Under the pieces are notes generated by a model that was given only the letters and a program-made list of their open reading frames with translations, had not been told where the DNA came from and did no database searches. DNA of 51,905 nucleotides, taken from a virus. A program made the position numbers and the translations under genes. Where the stretch lies: the IMG/VR virus record IMGVR_UViG_3300017963_000332, positions 1 to 51,905 of that record. One strand, written 5' to 3'. Shown here one piece after another: positions 36,512-45,689 of the stretch. Position 1 is the first letter of the stretch. Each line of letters opens with the position of its first letter.

Positions 36512-38141
36512 TGCTCTCTACATTTACTAAAATAGGAACGCGAAATGAAGTACGATCCTCCATCAACTCAACGATTGACCGCACGAGATGTTGTTCATCT
36601 TTATGAATTTCAATCACGAGTTCATCGTGTATGGTCAAAAGTACGTTGGATTTTTTATCTTCTAACAGCTTGGCTATTTGTATCATTGATTTTTTTATTA
36701 TGCCTGCTGCACAACCCTGTATTAGATAGTTCACACCTTTATACGTCTCCCCCCGAGGACACGTATACCGTCTACCAAATATATCGGTAACATACCCCTT
36801 GTCTAAGATCTTCTGTGGCACGCGCCACGTGAACGTCCGCACTTTCTGATAGGTCGCGTAATATTTGTTGATATACTCCCTAGCCTGAGTGTAGGTCATA
36901 TTGAACTCAGGGTATTGTCGATTGACCATCTCACAGAACTTCTTTGGTCCCATACCATAGATGATGCCAAAGTTAATGTTCTTGCTGAGGTTACGTTTTT
37001 GCTTTGTGACTTCTCCAAACACAGCCTTACACGTAATAGAGTGTAGGTCGTTATCCGTCTTGTTATACTCCTCGATCATCTTAGGTTCCTGAGAGTAGTG
37101 AGCAAGGATGCGCAACTCGATTTGACTGTAATCAAAATAAAAATTGGTATAATCAGGACGACATATAAAAGCACGACGCACATCAACACGAGCGCTTCTA
37201 GGAATATTCTGTAAATTCGGCTTGCTGCAACTGAAACGACCTGTTCGTGCGCCTGTTTGATGGAAGTCGCAATGAATGACATTATTTTCATCAGCTTTCT
37301 CCTGTAATGCTTCTAAGTAAGTAGTTTTTATTTTCTCTAGGTCTCTCTTCTCTATTATAAGCGGAATGAGCGGATGATCGTACTTGCTGAGGTTCCACTC
37401 ATCAAACGCAGGGTTGCCTTTCTCTGTAACGTAATCGCATTTAAGCCCGCAGTCAGTGAATAGATACTCTGCCAGTTGTTTCGGTGATCGCACGTTTATT
37501 CCTTTATGGTCTTCTTTGATTGTTCGTGTGATCTCCGCAAGCCTTTTATTAATTTGTTGAACGTTCTCTTTACAGAAAGCTGTATCAACGAGCACCCCTC
37601 TTTGCTGCATAGAAATAAGACATTTGAGGAGGTCCATTTCTGTCCTGTAAATCGGTTCCTGCATAACTCCTTTTTGACGGTAGAACTTAAAGAGCTCCAT
37701 GGTAATGAGAGCATCCTTTCTGGCATAAGGCTCGATGAGCTCTCTAGGTATGTCTGCATAGCTAGAGAGTTTATGTTTACGCATGTAAGTTTTAATGGTT
37801 TCTTCTTCGTCATTATCCACCCCCAAGTATTTCTTAGCTAAGTCTTTGAGTTTGTTCGTCTGCTCGTCGGAGTTATAGATATGGCTCATGATCATTGTAT
37901 CGTGCACCGTGCCCTTGACCGTCATGCCATAGCGTTTGAGCATCTGAATATCGAACTTAGCGTTGTGGTACACAGTCTCGTTCTTACTGTTTATCAATTT
38001 CAAGTCTAGCGGAACGAGATCGTCTTCCCCTATTGCTATATACTCCGTGTTACCTTTGGTATCACACGTTGTGATCGCGAACGGCTTGTCTCCCTTGTAC
38101 GGGTCCAGTCCAGTTGTTTCGGTATCAACGGCAAGTATCAT
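36465..38141 (-). CDS. Family A DNA polymerase with 3'-5' exonuclease domain (558 aa)
   Basis: ExoI AVDTETTGLD, motif A DYSQIELRILAH, motif B KNINFGIIYGMG and motif C LTIHDELVIE. Confidence 0.92.
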   Translation of the reverse strand: MILAVDTETTGLDPYKGDKPFAITTCDTKGNTEYIAIGEDDLVPLDLKLINSKNETVYHNAKFDIQMLKRYGMTVKGTVHDTMIMSHIYNSDEQTNKLKDLAKKYLGVDNDEEETIKTYMRKHKLSSYADIPRELIEPYARKDALITMELFKFYRQKGVMQEPIYRTEMDLLKCLISMQQRGVLVDTAFCKENVQQINKRLAEITRTIKEDHKGINVRSPKQLAEYLFTDCGLKCDYVTEKGNPAFDEWNLSKYDHPLIPLIIEKRDLEKIKTTYLEALQEKADENNVIHCDFHQTGARTGRFSCSKPNLQNIPRSARVDVRRAFICRPDYTNFYFDYSQIELRILAHYSQEPKMIEEYNKTDNDLHSITCKAVFGEVTKQKRNLSKNINFGIIYGMGPKKFCEMVNRQYPEFNMTYTQAREYINKYYATYQKVRTFTWRVPQKILDKGYVTDIFGRRYTCPRGETYKGVNYLIQGCAAGIIKKSMIQIAKLLEDKKSNVLLTIHDELVIEIHKDEQHLVRSIVELMEDRTSFRVPILVNVESTTSNWAEKEPFVFPD

Positions 38142-38287
38142 TAGACCTCCTTCATAAATAGAACGACTATATTAAGTCCTGCGGCAAACATCCAGTACAA
38201 CGCATGTAAAGGTTGTCTGTGAAACGCATACACTATCCCAGCCCACAAGCTTAGTGAAATAATAAGGACTGGAAAGATGTTCATCAT
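38141..38287 (-). CDS. Small membrane protein (48 aa)
   Basis: MMNIFPVLIISLSLWAGIVYAF...FAAGLNIVVLF. TAATG coupling to the polymerase start. Hand translated. Confidence 0.4.
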   Translation of the reverse strand: MMNIFPVLIISLSLWAGIVYAFHRQPLHALYWMFAAGLNIVVLFMKEV

Positions 38288-38294
38288 TGGTAGT

Positions 38295-38555
38295 TTATCC
38301 CACATCTTTTACCTCCCAATTTTTAATTGGTATGAATAATTTCTCTTCTCCTGCTGACGTCGTACGCTGGAACCCTTTAACCAACGCTTTCTCGACGGGA
38401 ATTGTATACGTTGCTTCTTCTGTAACGTATTTTAATTCTTTGTACCTATTGATGTCATGTTCAGAGAGATTAAACGACCATGCGTCGCAGAACCGAACAC
38501 GTGCGCTTTCCTTCTCGCGCTTACAATAGGTCTCGCCTTCTACCCAGTCATTCAT
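38295..38555 (-). CDS. Hypothetical protein (86 aa)
   Basis: TAATG coupling with the upstream helicase gene. Confidence 0.55.
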   Translation of the reverse strand: MNDWVEGETYCKREKESARVRFCDAWSFNLSEHDINRYKELKYVTEEATYTIPVEKALVKGFQRTTSAGEEKLFIPIKNWEVKDVG

Positions 38556-39841
38556 TAAAAATCCTCCTTAAACTTTTTCTCATCTTTAGGCTTCGCGATG
38601 TATTCTTTCAGGATGTTTAAGAACGCAGGCGTCTTAACATAATACGTGTGCCGTTTGCTGATACATCCATTTTTGAGAAGCTTTGCGATGTGCATCTTTG
38701 CCTCGTCGTACTGCTCACCTGCGCACTCTTCGAAAAACTTTACCGTGATCTGGTACCCGTAGAGCAACTGATAGGCAATATGATCGCCCCACTTTATCAA
38801 CATCTCCATTACCTCTTTTGGGTTTGCGATCTGTTCCGAAGACCGCTTGATGCGGGAGAACATATCGAACCCAAAGTGAGGCGTATCATATTGCTCTTGC
38901 AAGAACAGGTAGATATATTCTACGTGTTCCGGGGTGACAACCACTCGTTCTCCTGACGAGTCGCAAGAAAAAAGTCGGCAAGCCAGAGCGACGGACAACC
39001 TCGCCAGTTTGATCTTTTGCTCCATTGAATTAACTATTGGACAGTCAGATGAGTATTTCTTACCCATCTCTTTACCTAGTTCGAAGCACGCATCGAGTGT
39101 GGCAGACTCCACTCGCACTTGGTCAGGTGATCTGCTCCAAGCCCACAACACTAAGTTATGGCAGAGGTCAGAAGTGTACCTATGCTCGACGGCAGGCTGT
39201 CTCCTCTCATCAGCATCGTCTTCCGTAACCTCTCCCTTATCCAATATAAGCGCAAAATCAAACCGAGCGATGTCCTCCGGCTTGCCTATAAGCGTTTTTA
39301 TAAGCCTAGGTCCTGATCCGACATTATTAATAGAACCGTCTTGCCTAGGGTTAGACAGCCAAACCAAACGGGTTTTGGCATTCGTTCGTTCAGTTTGGAT
39401 TTTAGTAATTTCAGCGATTCCGGAACTCCGCAGGTCGGACATTGTGGCGATGTCGTCCGTAGACAATCCACAAACCTCATCGATAACAAGAAGTCGTCCG
39501 TTGTTAAGTGGTATTCTTCCCCATGAAATTCTCCAACGATTGCGTATTGCCTGGACGCCTCCGACCAACCCTGCAATAGTAGTGTTTTCACCGCTCGACC
39601 GAGCTCCGAGACGGTAGTGGCGGAGTAAGTTTTTTGCAGTTTCAGATTTACCACAGCGCGTGTCTCCTATAATTAAGCATTCCGGATATCCCTTGTCCAG
39701 AACCCGCTTTCCGAAATAGAAACGGAGTGGACTATGAAAGATCAAGTCGATCGCCAAATGTAAATTCTGTCTATTGTATATATGTGTTACATTTGTGCTG
39801 AGGTCTGCATAGATGTCGTCGAGCTTTTCTTTGATTGACAT
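38555..39841 (-). CDS. MCM-like AAA+ helicase ATPase module (428 aa)
   Basis: Walker A GDTRCGKS and Walker B LLVIDEVCG. SGIAEITKIQTERTNAKTRLVWLSNP parallels MCM QQTISIAKAGI..L.AR.s.lAAANP. IARFDFALIL parallels the MCM SRFDL arginine-finger motif. Confidence 0.75.
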   Translation of the reverse strand: MSIKEKLDDIYADLSTNVTHIYNRQNLHLAIDLIFHSPLRFYFGKRVLDKGYPECLIIGDTRCGKSETAKNLLRHYRLGARSSGENTTIAGLVGGVQAIRNRWRISWGRIPLNNGRLLVIDEVCGLSTDDIATMSDLRSSGIAEITKIQTERTNAKTRLVWLSNPRQDGSINNVGSGPRLIKTLIGKPEDIARFDFALILDKGEVTEDDADERRQPAVEHRYTSDLCHNLVLWAWSRSPDQVRVESATLDACFELGKEMGKKYSSDCPIVNSMEQKIKLARLSVALACRLFSCDSSGERVVVTPEHVEYIYLFLQEQYDTPHFGFDMFSRIKRSSEQIANPKEVMEMLIKWGDHIAYQLLYGYQITVKFFEECAGEQYDEAKMHIAKLLKNGCISKRHTYYVKTPAFLNILKEYIAKPKDEKKFKEDF

Positions 39842-41397
39842 TGAAATATCTCCAGTTCTTCTTTAATATCGTCAGTCATTTCGAACTCCTCTATAGAGGT
39901 GTCCGCATACTTCACCTTGTAGCCTAAGTGGACAAGTGACTGGTCCTTTGGGCTAGGGATAGCTAACGTTTCAATCTCGTAATCCGTGTTCGCTAGCAAG
40001 GTCTTCCCTAAAAAATAAAGCTCGCGCTCTACGTAGGTTTGGTTCTGTGTCGCTTCGTCATACCCTATGTCATCGATCGCAGGGATAACGGACACCCTAG
40101 ATATAGATTGGTGCTCCGGCTCCGTGTACTTGTACTTCTTACACGACGGGATAGCAAAAATATCTTTAATAATACGGGTACGTTCTACCGTCCCACACTC
40201 AATAAGGTCTAGGATACGCGGTGTTGTTTCGGATATCATTACATCAGAACATCCTCCGTGATCACCGACACGACACCCGAGACACGTGTTACCGTTGTCT
40301 ATGTTACAGGACACGTTCATACATTTTGGTATTATGAAAGGAGAAGACTCCGTGCCTATAACACGCACCTTTGTCCGCGTGCGCTTATAAAAAAGGCGAC
40401 GCTTATCTATTTGATCTAACGTCGCATCGAATATCTCATCACCCACATTTACGACAGCGTCTGACTCAGGAGAGTATGTGTCTCCTTTTTCGACGAGCTT
40501 CATGAAATCTTGTACTGTATTGCCTGCTTTAATATAATCGGTGAAGTCCGCCCCTTTCTCATCGAGATCAAGATTGACCACCCTAACAAGCTTTGCTATA
40601 TGAATAAGCGTCTTAGCGGCTTTCTCAGCGCCTTCCGTACCTGCTTTATCTCTGTCGTAACAGAAGAACACACGCTTTCCTGCGAGCACCAGCTTCCACT
40701 CTGTCTTCCAGCTTCCCGCTCCTCCAGTACTCGTGACCGCATGCAACCCTAATTGATTAGCTAGGATGCAGTCTTTCTCCCCTTCCATAATAAACACGTC
40801 CTGTTCATCTGATCGCGCGTTCTCTATAGGGAAGAGAGAAACAGTCCCAAACCCTGCTACACTTGTGTACTTATTGTTCTTACTAAACGGGGAATACATA
40901 CGAATGTTGAGGATAACACCGTCTTCTTTTATGGGGATCCAAACTCTTCCAGTATTCTCGTCATATCCAATGTCATACTTGCGGATGGTCTCCTCTGTCC
41001 ATAAACATTTCTCTTTGATTTTGTCTAATATCTTCTTGGATGACAGTAAGAACTCTCGTCTCTCATCGATATGCTCCTGTGTGTACGGGAAATTTTTAAC
41101 AGCGCGTCGCTTTCGTGTAGGATACGCTTTCTTAAAGTCCTCATCAAGGCGACTCTTTGCTTCAGAAACGGGGATATCATCAAGCACAGCCACAAAATGC
41201 TGGATGTTCCCTCCCTTGTATAACTTACACGTAGGGACGAAGCACTTGTAAAGTCCCGTGGACAGGTTAATACTGAAAGACGGGCTCGTATCTCCATGCG
41301 CAGGGCACGGTATCCGTAGCTCACCACTGGATACCGTGCCTTTAGCTTCATCGAGATAACGTGATATTACGTTACGGATGAATGTTGGGGAATACAT
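39787..41397 (-). CDS. DnaG-type primase (CHC2 zinc finger plus TOPRIM) with a C-terminal zinc-containing OB-like domain (536 aa)
   Basis: CPAHGDTSPSFSINLSTGLYKCFVPTC zinc finger and TOPRIM FIMEGEKDCILANQLG...TSTGGAGSW...CYDRDKAG. The C-terminal CNIDNGNTCLGCRVGDHGGC region looks like an MCM N-terminal domain. Confidence 0.8.
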   Translation of the reverse strand: MYSPTFIRNVISRYLDEAKGTVSSGELRIPCPAHGDTSPSFSINLSTGLYKCFVPTCKLYKGGNIQHFVAVLDDIPVSEAKSRLDEDFKKAYPTRKRRAVKNFPYTQEHIDERREFLLSSKKILDKIKEKCLWTEETIRKYDIGYDENTGRVWIPIKEDGVILNIRMYSPFSKNNKYTSVAGFGTVSLFPIENARSDEQDVFIMEGEKDCILANQLGLHAVTSTGGAGSWKTEWKLVLAGKRVFFCYDRDKAGTEGAEKAAKTLIHIAKLVRVVNLDLDEKGADFTDYIKAGNTVQDFMKLVEKGDTYSPESDAVVNVGDEIFDATLDQIDKRRLFYKRTRTKVRVIGTESSPFIIPKCMNVSCNIDNGNTCLGCRVGDHGGCSDVMISETTPRILDLIECGTVERTRIIKDIFAIPSCKKYKYTEPEHQSISRVSVIPAIDDIGYDEATQNQTYVERELYFLGKTLLANTDYEIETLAIPSPKDQSLVHLGYKVKYADTSIEEFEMTDDIKEELEIFQCQSKKSSTTSMQTSAQM

Positions 41398-42108
41398 TTA
41401 GAAGTCTTCTCCCTCTTCGGCTTCTACTTTATTACTTTGTTGTCCTTCAACCTCGAAGTTCAAGTCACGTGTCGCAAACGTATTGTATAACTGCTCTGCA
41501 ACAGCGACGTCTTCAGGGTTGGTCTTACCAGCTTCGTCAACATCAAACACGTACCACGTGCCCATGTTGTTCGTTCGCTGGAGAGATGACAGCTTGTACT
41601 TATTCAACCACATGTCCTGCCCCGTCATCTTACAAAGTGTATAGAGCTTTTTACCCACGTTATAATTTGTCATAGCAAAGCTGAGTACGATAGGAAGCGT
41701 TTGTCCTTCTAGCAACACCAAGAAGTTCATGTATGCCGTACATGTGGGTTTCTCCCCATGCGGACCCCACCTAGTATCCTCAAGAACTCGTGGGTCATTT
41801 CGATCTGTGGTTTGGTACTCGATACCTCCACCTTCATCTCGTGGAATCCACTTGATGTACTTCCTGTGCATTGCAATCGGAATGAAGATGTTTGTCGGGA
41901 GAGGCTGTTTACTAATTTGGTTAACAATTTCGCCCGCACGTCCTTTCCCTTGCTGCACTGACGGAGATAGACCTTGTAGGAGTTCGATACGTGGCAATAA
42001 AAGATCGCTAGTGTCTTCATTTTCAAACCCCCTTGGCGCTGTTGCAGGTTTTGCTACGGCTTGTGTTTCTTTTTTTACTACGCTTTTGTCTGTTTTTCCC
42101 TTTGTCAT
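41398..42108 (-). CDS. Putative ssDNA-binding/annealing protein with an acidic C-terminal tail ending in Phe (236 aa)
   Basis: The C-terminus ...KVEAEEGEDF resembles the T7 gp2.5 and SSB acidic tails. Size is close to gp2.5, and the gene lies beside primase and helicase. Confidence 0.4.
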   Translation of the reverse strand: MTKGKTDKSVVKKETQAVAKPATAPRGFENEDTSDLLLPRIELLQGLSPSVQQGKGRAGEIVNQISKQPLPTNIFIPIAMHRKYIKWIPRDEGGGIEYQTTDRNDPRVLEDTRWGPHGEKPTCTAYMNFLVLLEGQTLPIVLSFAMTNYNVGKKLYTLCKMTGQDMWLNKYKLSSLQRTNNMGTWYVFDVDEAGKTNPEDVAVAEQLYNTFATRDLNFEVEGQQSNKVEAEEGEDF

Positions 42109-42112
42109 TTCT

Positions 42113-42502
42113 TTACCCTCTTATTGTTATGTTGTTTTTAACGAACGTCTTGATCCCGGGAGGTAGTTCTTCTCCGTTCTCAAGCTTCTCCTTATAATAC
42201 CCGTGAACCTTTTTGGAGTGGACTGCTTTAACGACGTCCAAGTCATCGTTCTCGTTCATCCACGCTTCAAAGATTTCAGGGTTCTCTATGGAATAGGTCT
42301 TCGTACTGGTGAGCGAGCACGTCCCTATAGAGCCTACTTTAACTTGTGACTGATCAGTTTCCTGCATATACTCTACCAAATCGTACACAAGCTTAGCAAT
42401 GCTTTCGTTGATGTCCTTGACCTTGTCCTCCATGATACGTTTGGCGGAACGCAGGTTCTTTAAGTCTTCCAGTCCAATAAGGAATGCTTTATGGTCTAGC
42501 AT
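42113..42502 (-). CDS. Hypothetical protein (129 aa)
   Basis: Clean ORF in the replication module. Confidence 0.6.
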   Translation of the reverse strand: MLDHKAFLIGLEDLKNLRSAKRIMEDKVKDINESIAKLVYDLVEYMQETDQSQVKVGSIGTCSLTSTKTYSIENPEIFEAWMNENDDLDVVKAVHSKKVHGYYKEKLENGEELPPGIKTFVKNNITIRG

Positions 42503-42693
42503 GCCACCTCCTTCACTTTATTGTACTTGTGTAGTAAAAAGTCTCCGAGATTGTCAAACACCGGCTCGGGTTCCGGTTCTGTCGTGTACGAATACCACGC
42601 TGTCGACGATGTGTACAAATCATTCAACGTGGAACTCGTGATTTGGTCAGCTTCGTCAAACCAACACAGATTTGGAAAAGCACAAGTTGCCAT
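42496..42693 (-). CDS. Small hypothetical protein (65 aa)
   Basis: ATG 42693 follows GGGGAGGAGG, with TAATG coupling. The track ORF extends upstream without an RBS. Confidence 0.5.
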   Translation of the reverse strand: MATCAFPNLCWFDEADQITSSTLNDLYTSSTAWYSYTTEPEPEPVFDNLGDFLLHKYNKVKEVAC

Positions 42694-42962
42694 TACATAC
42701 CTCCTCCCCATATAAAGTGGTACCCCAGCGCCATCATTCCTGCGATCATGATAATTGACAGCACTACACGCTTCCACATAGGCTGTGCCCATACGTTACC
42801 TGATAGAGTTTTGCCCGTGATTTTCTTACACACGAGTTCTGCAATACCAAAGATAACGATCCAGATGGACAGGAAGATACCCTGTGGTATCATGCCTGTT
42901 GCAAAACAAAAGATAGGTGCTGCCAGCTGGACCAGCGTGAGTACCCATTCGTTTGGTTTCAT
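42693..42962 (-). CDS. Membrane protein (89 aa, about 3 TM helices)
   Basis: ATG 42962 follows TAAGGAGGTG. Confidence 0.55.
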   Translation of the reverse strand: MKPNEWVLTLVQLAAPIFCFATGMIPQGIFLSIWIVIFGIAELVCKKITGKTLSGNVWAQPMWKRVVLSIIMIAGMMALGYHFIWGGGM

Positions 42963-42989
42963 TTTACACCTCCTTATAAGCAAGGGGAT

Positions 42990-43184
42990 TCACCTGCTTC
43001 CACCTCTCCATTTCTTGATGAGGTTGTCTATCTGTGATTTTCTAATTAGTGCATCGTGACCATATTTATAATCGTTAATTTCAAATTCTAATGTTCCAAT
43101 TTCTTCCAACTCATCAGCACATTGGGATTTGATAAAATCTTCAAACTTATCAAGTCCATCAATTTTTGCCATATTAGGTTTCAT
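42990..43184 (-). CDS. Small hypothetical protein (64 aa)
   Basis: ATG 43184 follows GAGGAGGAGAC. Confidence 0.5.
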   Translation of the reverse strand: MKPNMAKIDGLDKFEDFIKSQCADELEEIGTLEFEINDYKYGHDALIRKSQIDNLIKKWRGGSR

Positions 43185-43338
43185 CAGGTGTCTCCTCCTC
43201 AATAGGCTCTGCGTCCGCAATCCTCTTACGAAGACCTACCATGTAAAGCGCGTCAGCACCTTTGATTGTACAAGTATCTAAGATACTCATGAGGTTGTCC
43301 TTATCATCCTTTGTAATTACGAGATTGTATTTAGGCAT
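43174..43338 (-). CDS. Small hypothetical protein (54 aa)
   Basis: ATG 43338 follows AAAGGAGGCGCT. Confidence 0.5.
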   Translation of the reverse strand: MPKYNLVITKDDKDNLMSILDTCTIKGADALYMVGLRKRIADAEPIEEETPDET

Positions 43339-43351
43339 AGCGCCTCCTTTC

Positions 43352-44707
43352 TTATAATGCCTCAATGATGTCGCCGACAATCATATTGGCTAGGTTTTCT
43401 TTCTTCCTTAAAGCTCTGTGTATTGCCAAGTCTATCGTGTTACGTGCCAAGAGGTCAATGTACGTGACGTTGTTCTCTTGTCCTATTCGGTGCAACCTGT
43501 CTTCGCACTGCACCCTGTCTCCGTAAGAGTAAGAATTTGACATAAATATGCAGTAATGTCCGGAGGTAAGATTGATTCCCATTCCTGTAGTTTGCGTCTG
43601 TCCGATAAAACACCGAGTATCTGGATCATTATTAAATTGTTTAACTCGGTCGATTCTCTCAGTACTCTCACCATGCACCGTAACATGGCTAATCCCAGCC
43701 CGTCTAAAGGCTTCTTCCACCATCTTGATTTCCCGTCGGAATCTACAAAAAAGAACCACTTTCCTATTGCTGTCAAGGTTGCTAATGAAATCAACAACCC
43801 AATCAATCTTAGGGTTAACTTTAAACGCATGCTCTATGCCCTCCGTATCTTTGGTAAATCCTGCTGTGATTTGGCTAAACCTCATCAATCGCGTGAGGAT
43901 CGTGGGAGCCATCACAGTCACGTCTTTATACTCGAAGATAAACTCCTCCTTCAGCTTTTGGTATGCCTTGTGTTGTTCAGGTGGAAGGTCAACCTTAATG
44001 ACCTGATACAGCTTTGACGGTAAGTCAAGGCACTCTTCCTTCGTCTTACGGATCGCGCACGCGAACACGCGTAGCTTAAAGTCGTGCATGTTACGCCACC
44101 CCACTGCCTGCTTGTTCATGTACCCACCCATGACCGCGTACCGTGCCCGGAAACGATAATAGTTCACGCCAAAGATAGTCGGGTCAAGGATTTTGTATTG
44201 TGCGAATAGGTCTAGGGGAGAATTCATTACGGGTGTGCCGGTCATGATGATCCTGCGCTTACACGTACGTGCGATCTCAACGCAGGCTTTAGACTGTTGG
44301 CTCTTGGGGTTCTTAACAGCCGTGCTCTCATCTAGCGCGAGGTAGTCATAGCCGATCGCGGAGAGCTCTCTGTACAACTTGCGCGTGGCTTCATAGTTTA
44401 TGACGTGTACATCAGCTGGCTTCTTGATGAGCGCGAGCTTCTGCTCTGGAGTGCCTGTGATTAGGACATAAGAGAGGTCGGAGTGCTTCTCAATTTCGTC
44501 AGCCCAATTCTCTACGAGTGTATTCGGGCAAATTACGAGGGATTTGAAACCTTCGGTGTGGTTAAAGGAGAATACGTCGAGGACAATTTTGCTTTTGCCT
44601 AGACCAGGCTCAGCAAACAACCCGTAGTACGGAGCATGCTTCATCTTATCGAAGCACTCCTGCTGATGCTTGAACGGTTTTGTTTTCATCTTAAAGGTCG
44701 TGTTCAT
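43352..44707 (-). CDS. SNF2-family (SF2) helicase/translocase (451 aa)
   Basis: Motif I EPGLGKSK and motif II LALDESTAVKN. The C-terminal helicase block reads FIGQTQTTGMGINLTSG...EDRLHRIGQ. Confidence 0.9.
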   Translation of the reverse strand: MNTTFKMKTKPFKHQQECFDKMKHAPYYGLFAEPGLGKSKIVLDVFSFNHTEGFKSLVICPNTLVENWADEIEKHSDLSYVLITGTPEQKLALIKKPADVHVINYEATRKLYRELSAIGYDYLALDESTAVKNPKSQQSKACVEIARTCKRRIIMTGTPVMNSPLDLFAQYKILDPTIFGVNYYRFRARYAVMGGYMNKQAVGWRNMHDFKLRVFACAIRKTKEECLDLPSKLYQVIKVDLPPEQHKAYQKLKEEFIFEYKDVTVMAPTILTRLMRFSQITAGFTKDTEGIEHAFKVNPKIDWVVDFISNLDSNRKVVLFCRFRREIKMVEEAFRRAGISHVTVHGESTERIDRVKQFNNDPDTRCFIGQTQTTGMGINLTSGHYCIFMSNSYSYGDRVQCEDRLHRIGQENNVTYIDLLARNTIDLAIHRALRKKENLANMIVGDIIEAL

Positions 44708-45026
44708 GGTGTCTCATTCTGTCTAGTAGGTGTGGTAGTAAATCTTTGAAGGGGTACGCAGTTTGCCCCAATCCCCACAACCTGCTCTTATTAGAGTAGG
44801 TGATAATTGCCGCGTACCCCGTGTTTTTAATGATGTCCTTCAATGTGAATACCTGCAACTCTGTGGGTTTTCCATAGTCTACCTTCATTTCGATCCCTAT
44901 GAAGCGCCCTAAGTAGCACCCGATTATGTCAGGCACTCCTGCCTTAAACCTATCTGAAGCTTTCCAAAAATGTCCGTGTTCCTTAAGACTTCTTAGAAGC
45001 TTTGTTGTCGCTTGGCTTTCGTTCAT
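44691..45026 (-). CDS. VRR-NUC-like PD-(D/E)xK nuclease (111 aa)
   Basis: GVPDIIGCYLGRFIGIEMKVDYGKPTELQ fits the G.PD...E.K...Q pattern. Its partnership with an SNF2 helicase is typical. Confidence 0.65.
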   Translation of the reverse strand: MNESQATTKLLRSLKEHGHFWKASDRFKAGVPDIIGCYLGRFIGIEMKVDYGKPTELQVFTLKDIIKNTGYAAIITYSNKSRLWGLGQTAYPFKDLLPHLLDRMRHHEHDL

Positions 45027-45330
45027 CTTTAGTCCTATATTGAAGTCCTTGAAGGTGTGCCTTGATACGGTTGAACTCTTCTTGCGTGATTTCGTGCCCT
45101 ACTCTATATGCTAGGCTCGTACCACCGATAAACCAAAAGCTTACTGTGTCAGCCGTTCCGTACTCCTCATAGTCTTTAGCCGTGAGGGTATGTGCAGGCT
45201 TCTCTTTAGACTCTTCCTTAATACGCTTCTGTGGTACGTCATGCTCGACAGCTAGGGATAGAGTCATAGATAGGTTAACGTTGATCCCTTCTCGTATCTT
45301 CAATAAGACTGGTGCGTTGATGTGTAACAT
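44983..45330 (-). CDS. Hypothetical protein (115 aa)
   Basis: ATG follows GGGAGGAAGC. Confidence 0.55.
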   Translation of the reverse strand: MLHINAPVLLKIREGINVNLSMTLSLAVEHDVPQKRIKEESKEKPAHTLTAKDYEEYGTADTVSFWFIGGTSLAYRVGHEITQEEFNRIKAHLQGLQYRTKDERKPSDNKASKKS

Positions 45331-45345
45331 GCTTCCTCCCGTGAT

Positions 45346-45549
45346 TTAGAGTTTATCTATGAATTGGTAGTCACATTTAGACGCGCCTATGCTTCTCATC
45401 AGCTTGCGCATGACCTTTAAGCAACTATTCTTCTGTGTGTACGTTTCGCTTGTTAGCAAAATCTTGTAGTTACGCGAACGTATGCGCCACCAAAAATAGA
45501 CTTTGTTGCGCGCATTTTTCGCACGGAACAGCTCGAAATGGTAGTCCAT
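45346..45549 (-). CDS. DUF1508 (YegP-like) domain protein (67 aa)
   Basis: ATG 45549 follows AGAAAGGACAAATC. FELFRAKNARNKVYFWWRIRSRNYKILLTSETYTQK matches the YegP repeat pattern. Confidence 0.55.
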   Translation of the reverse strand: MDYHFELFRAKNARNKVYFWWRIRSRNYKILLTSETYTQKNSCLKVMRKLMRSIGASKCDYQFIDKL

Positions 45550-45658
45550 GATTTGTCCTTTCTTGCCACGTGATAAAGTTTTCTTTTGCTTGTGATTTAC
45601 TTCGGGTTGGATTTTTGTGTGGGTGTGCATAAGTTCGTTATCCTTTTTGGTAGGATAT

Positions 45659-45686
45659 ATAATACTCCTTTATGCGTGTTTGTCAA
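45659..45686 (-). promoter_or_regulatory. Sigma70-like promoter (minus strand)
   Basis: Minus strand reads TTGACA (45686-45681), a 16-bp spacer (AACACGCATAAAGGAG), then TATTAT (45664-45659). Confidence 0.45.
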
Positions 45687-45689
45687 TAA

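Noticed and set aside
38934-39617. 227-aa plus-strand ORF (also 40766..41251, 41729..42166, 43556..44017, 43572..44006)
   Set aside because: They are antisense to motif-supported replication genes (MCM-like helicase, primase, SSB-like, SNF2). They lack RBSs and their translations are Ser/Leu-rich.
39787-39841. Canonical -1 programmed frameshift site joining the primase and MCM-like ORFs
   Set aside because: No X-XXY-YYZ heptamer or obvious downstream pseudoknot was found. A GGAG RBS precedes ATG 39841. The fusion idea is kept only as a hypothesis in the findings.
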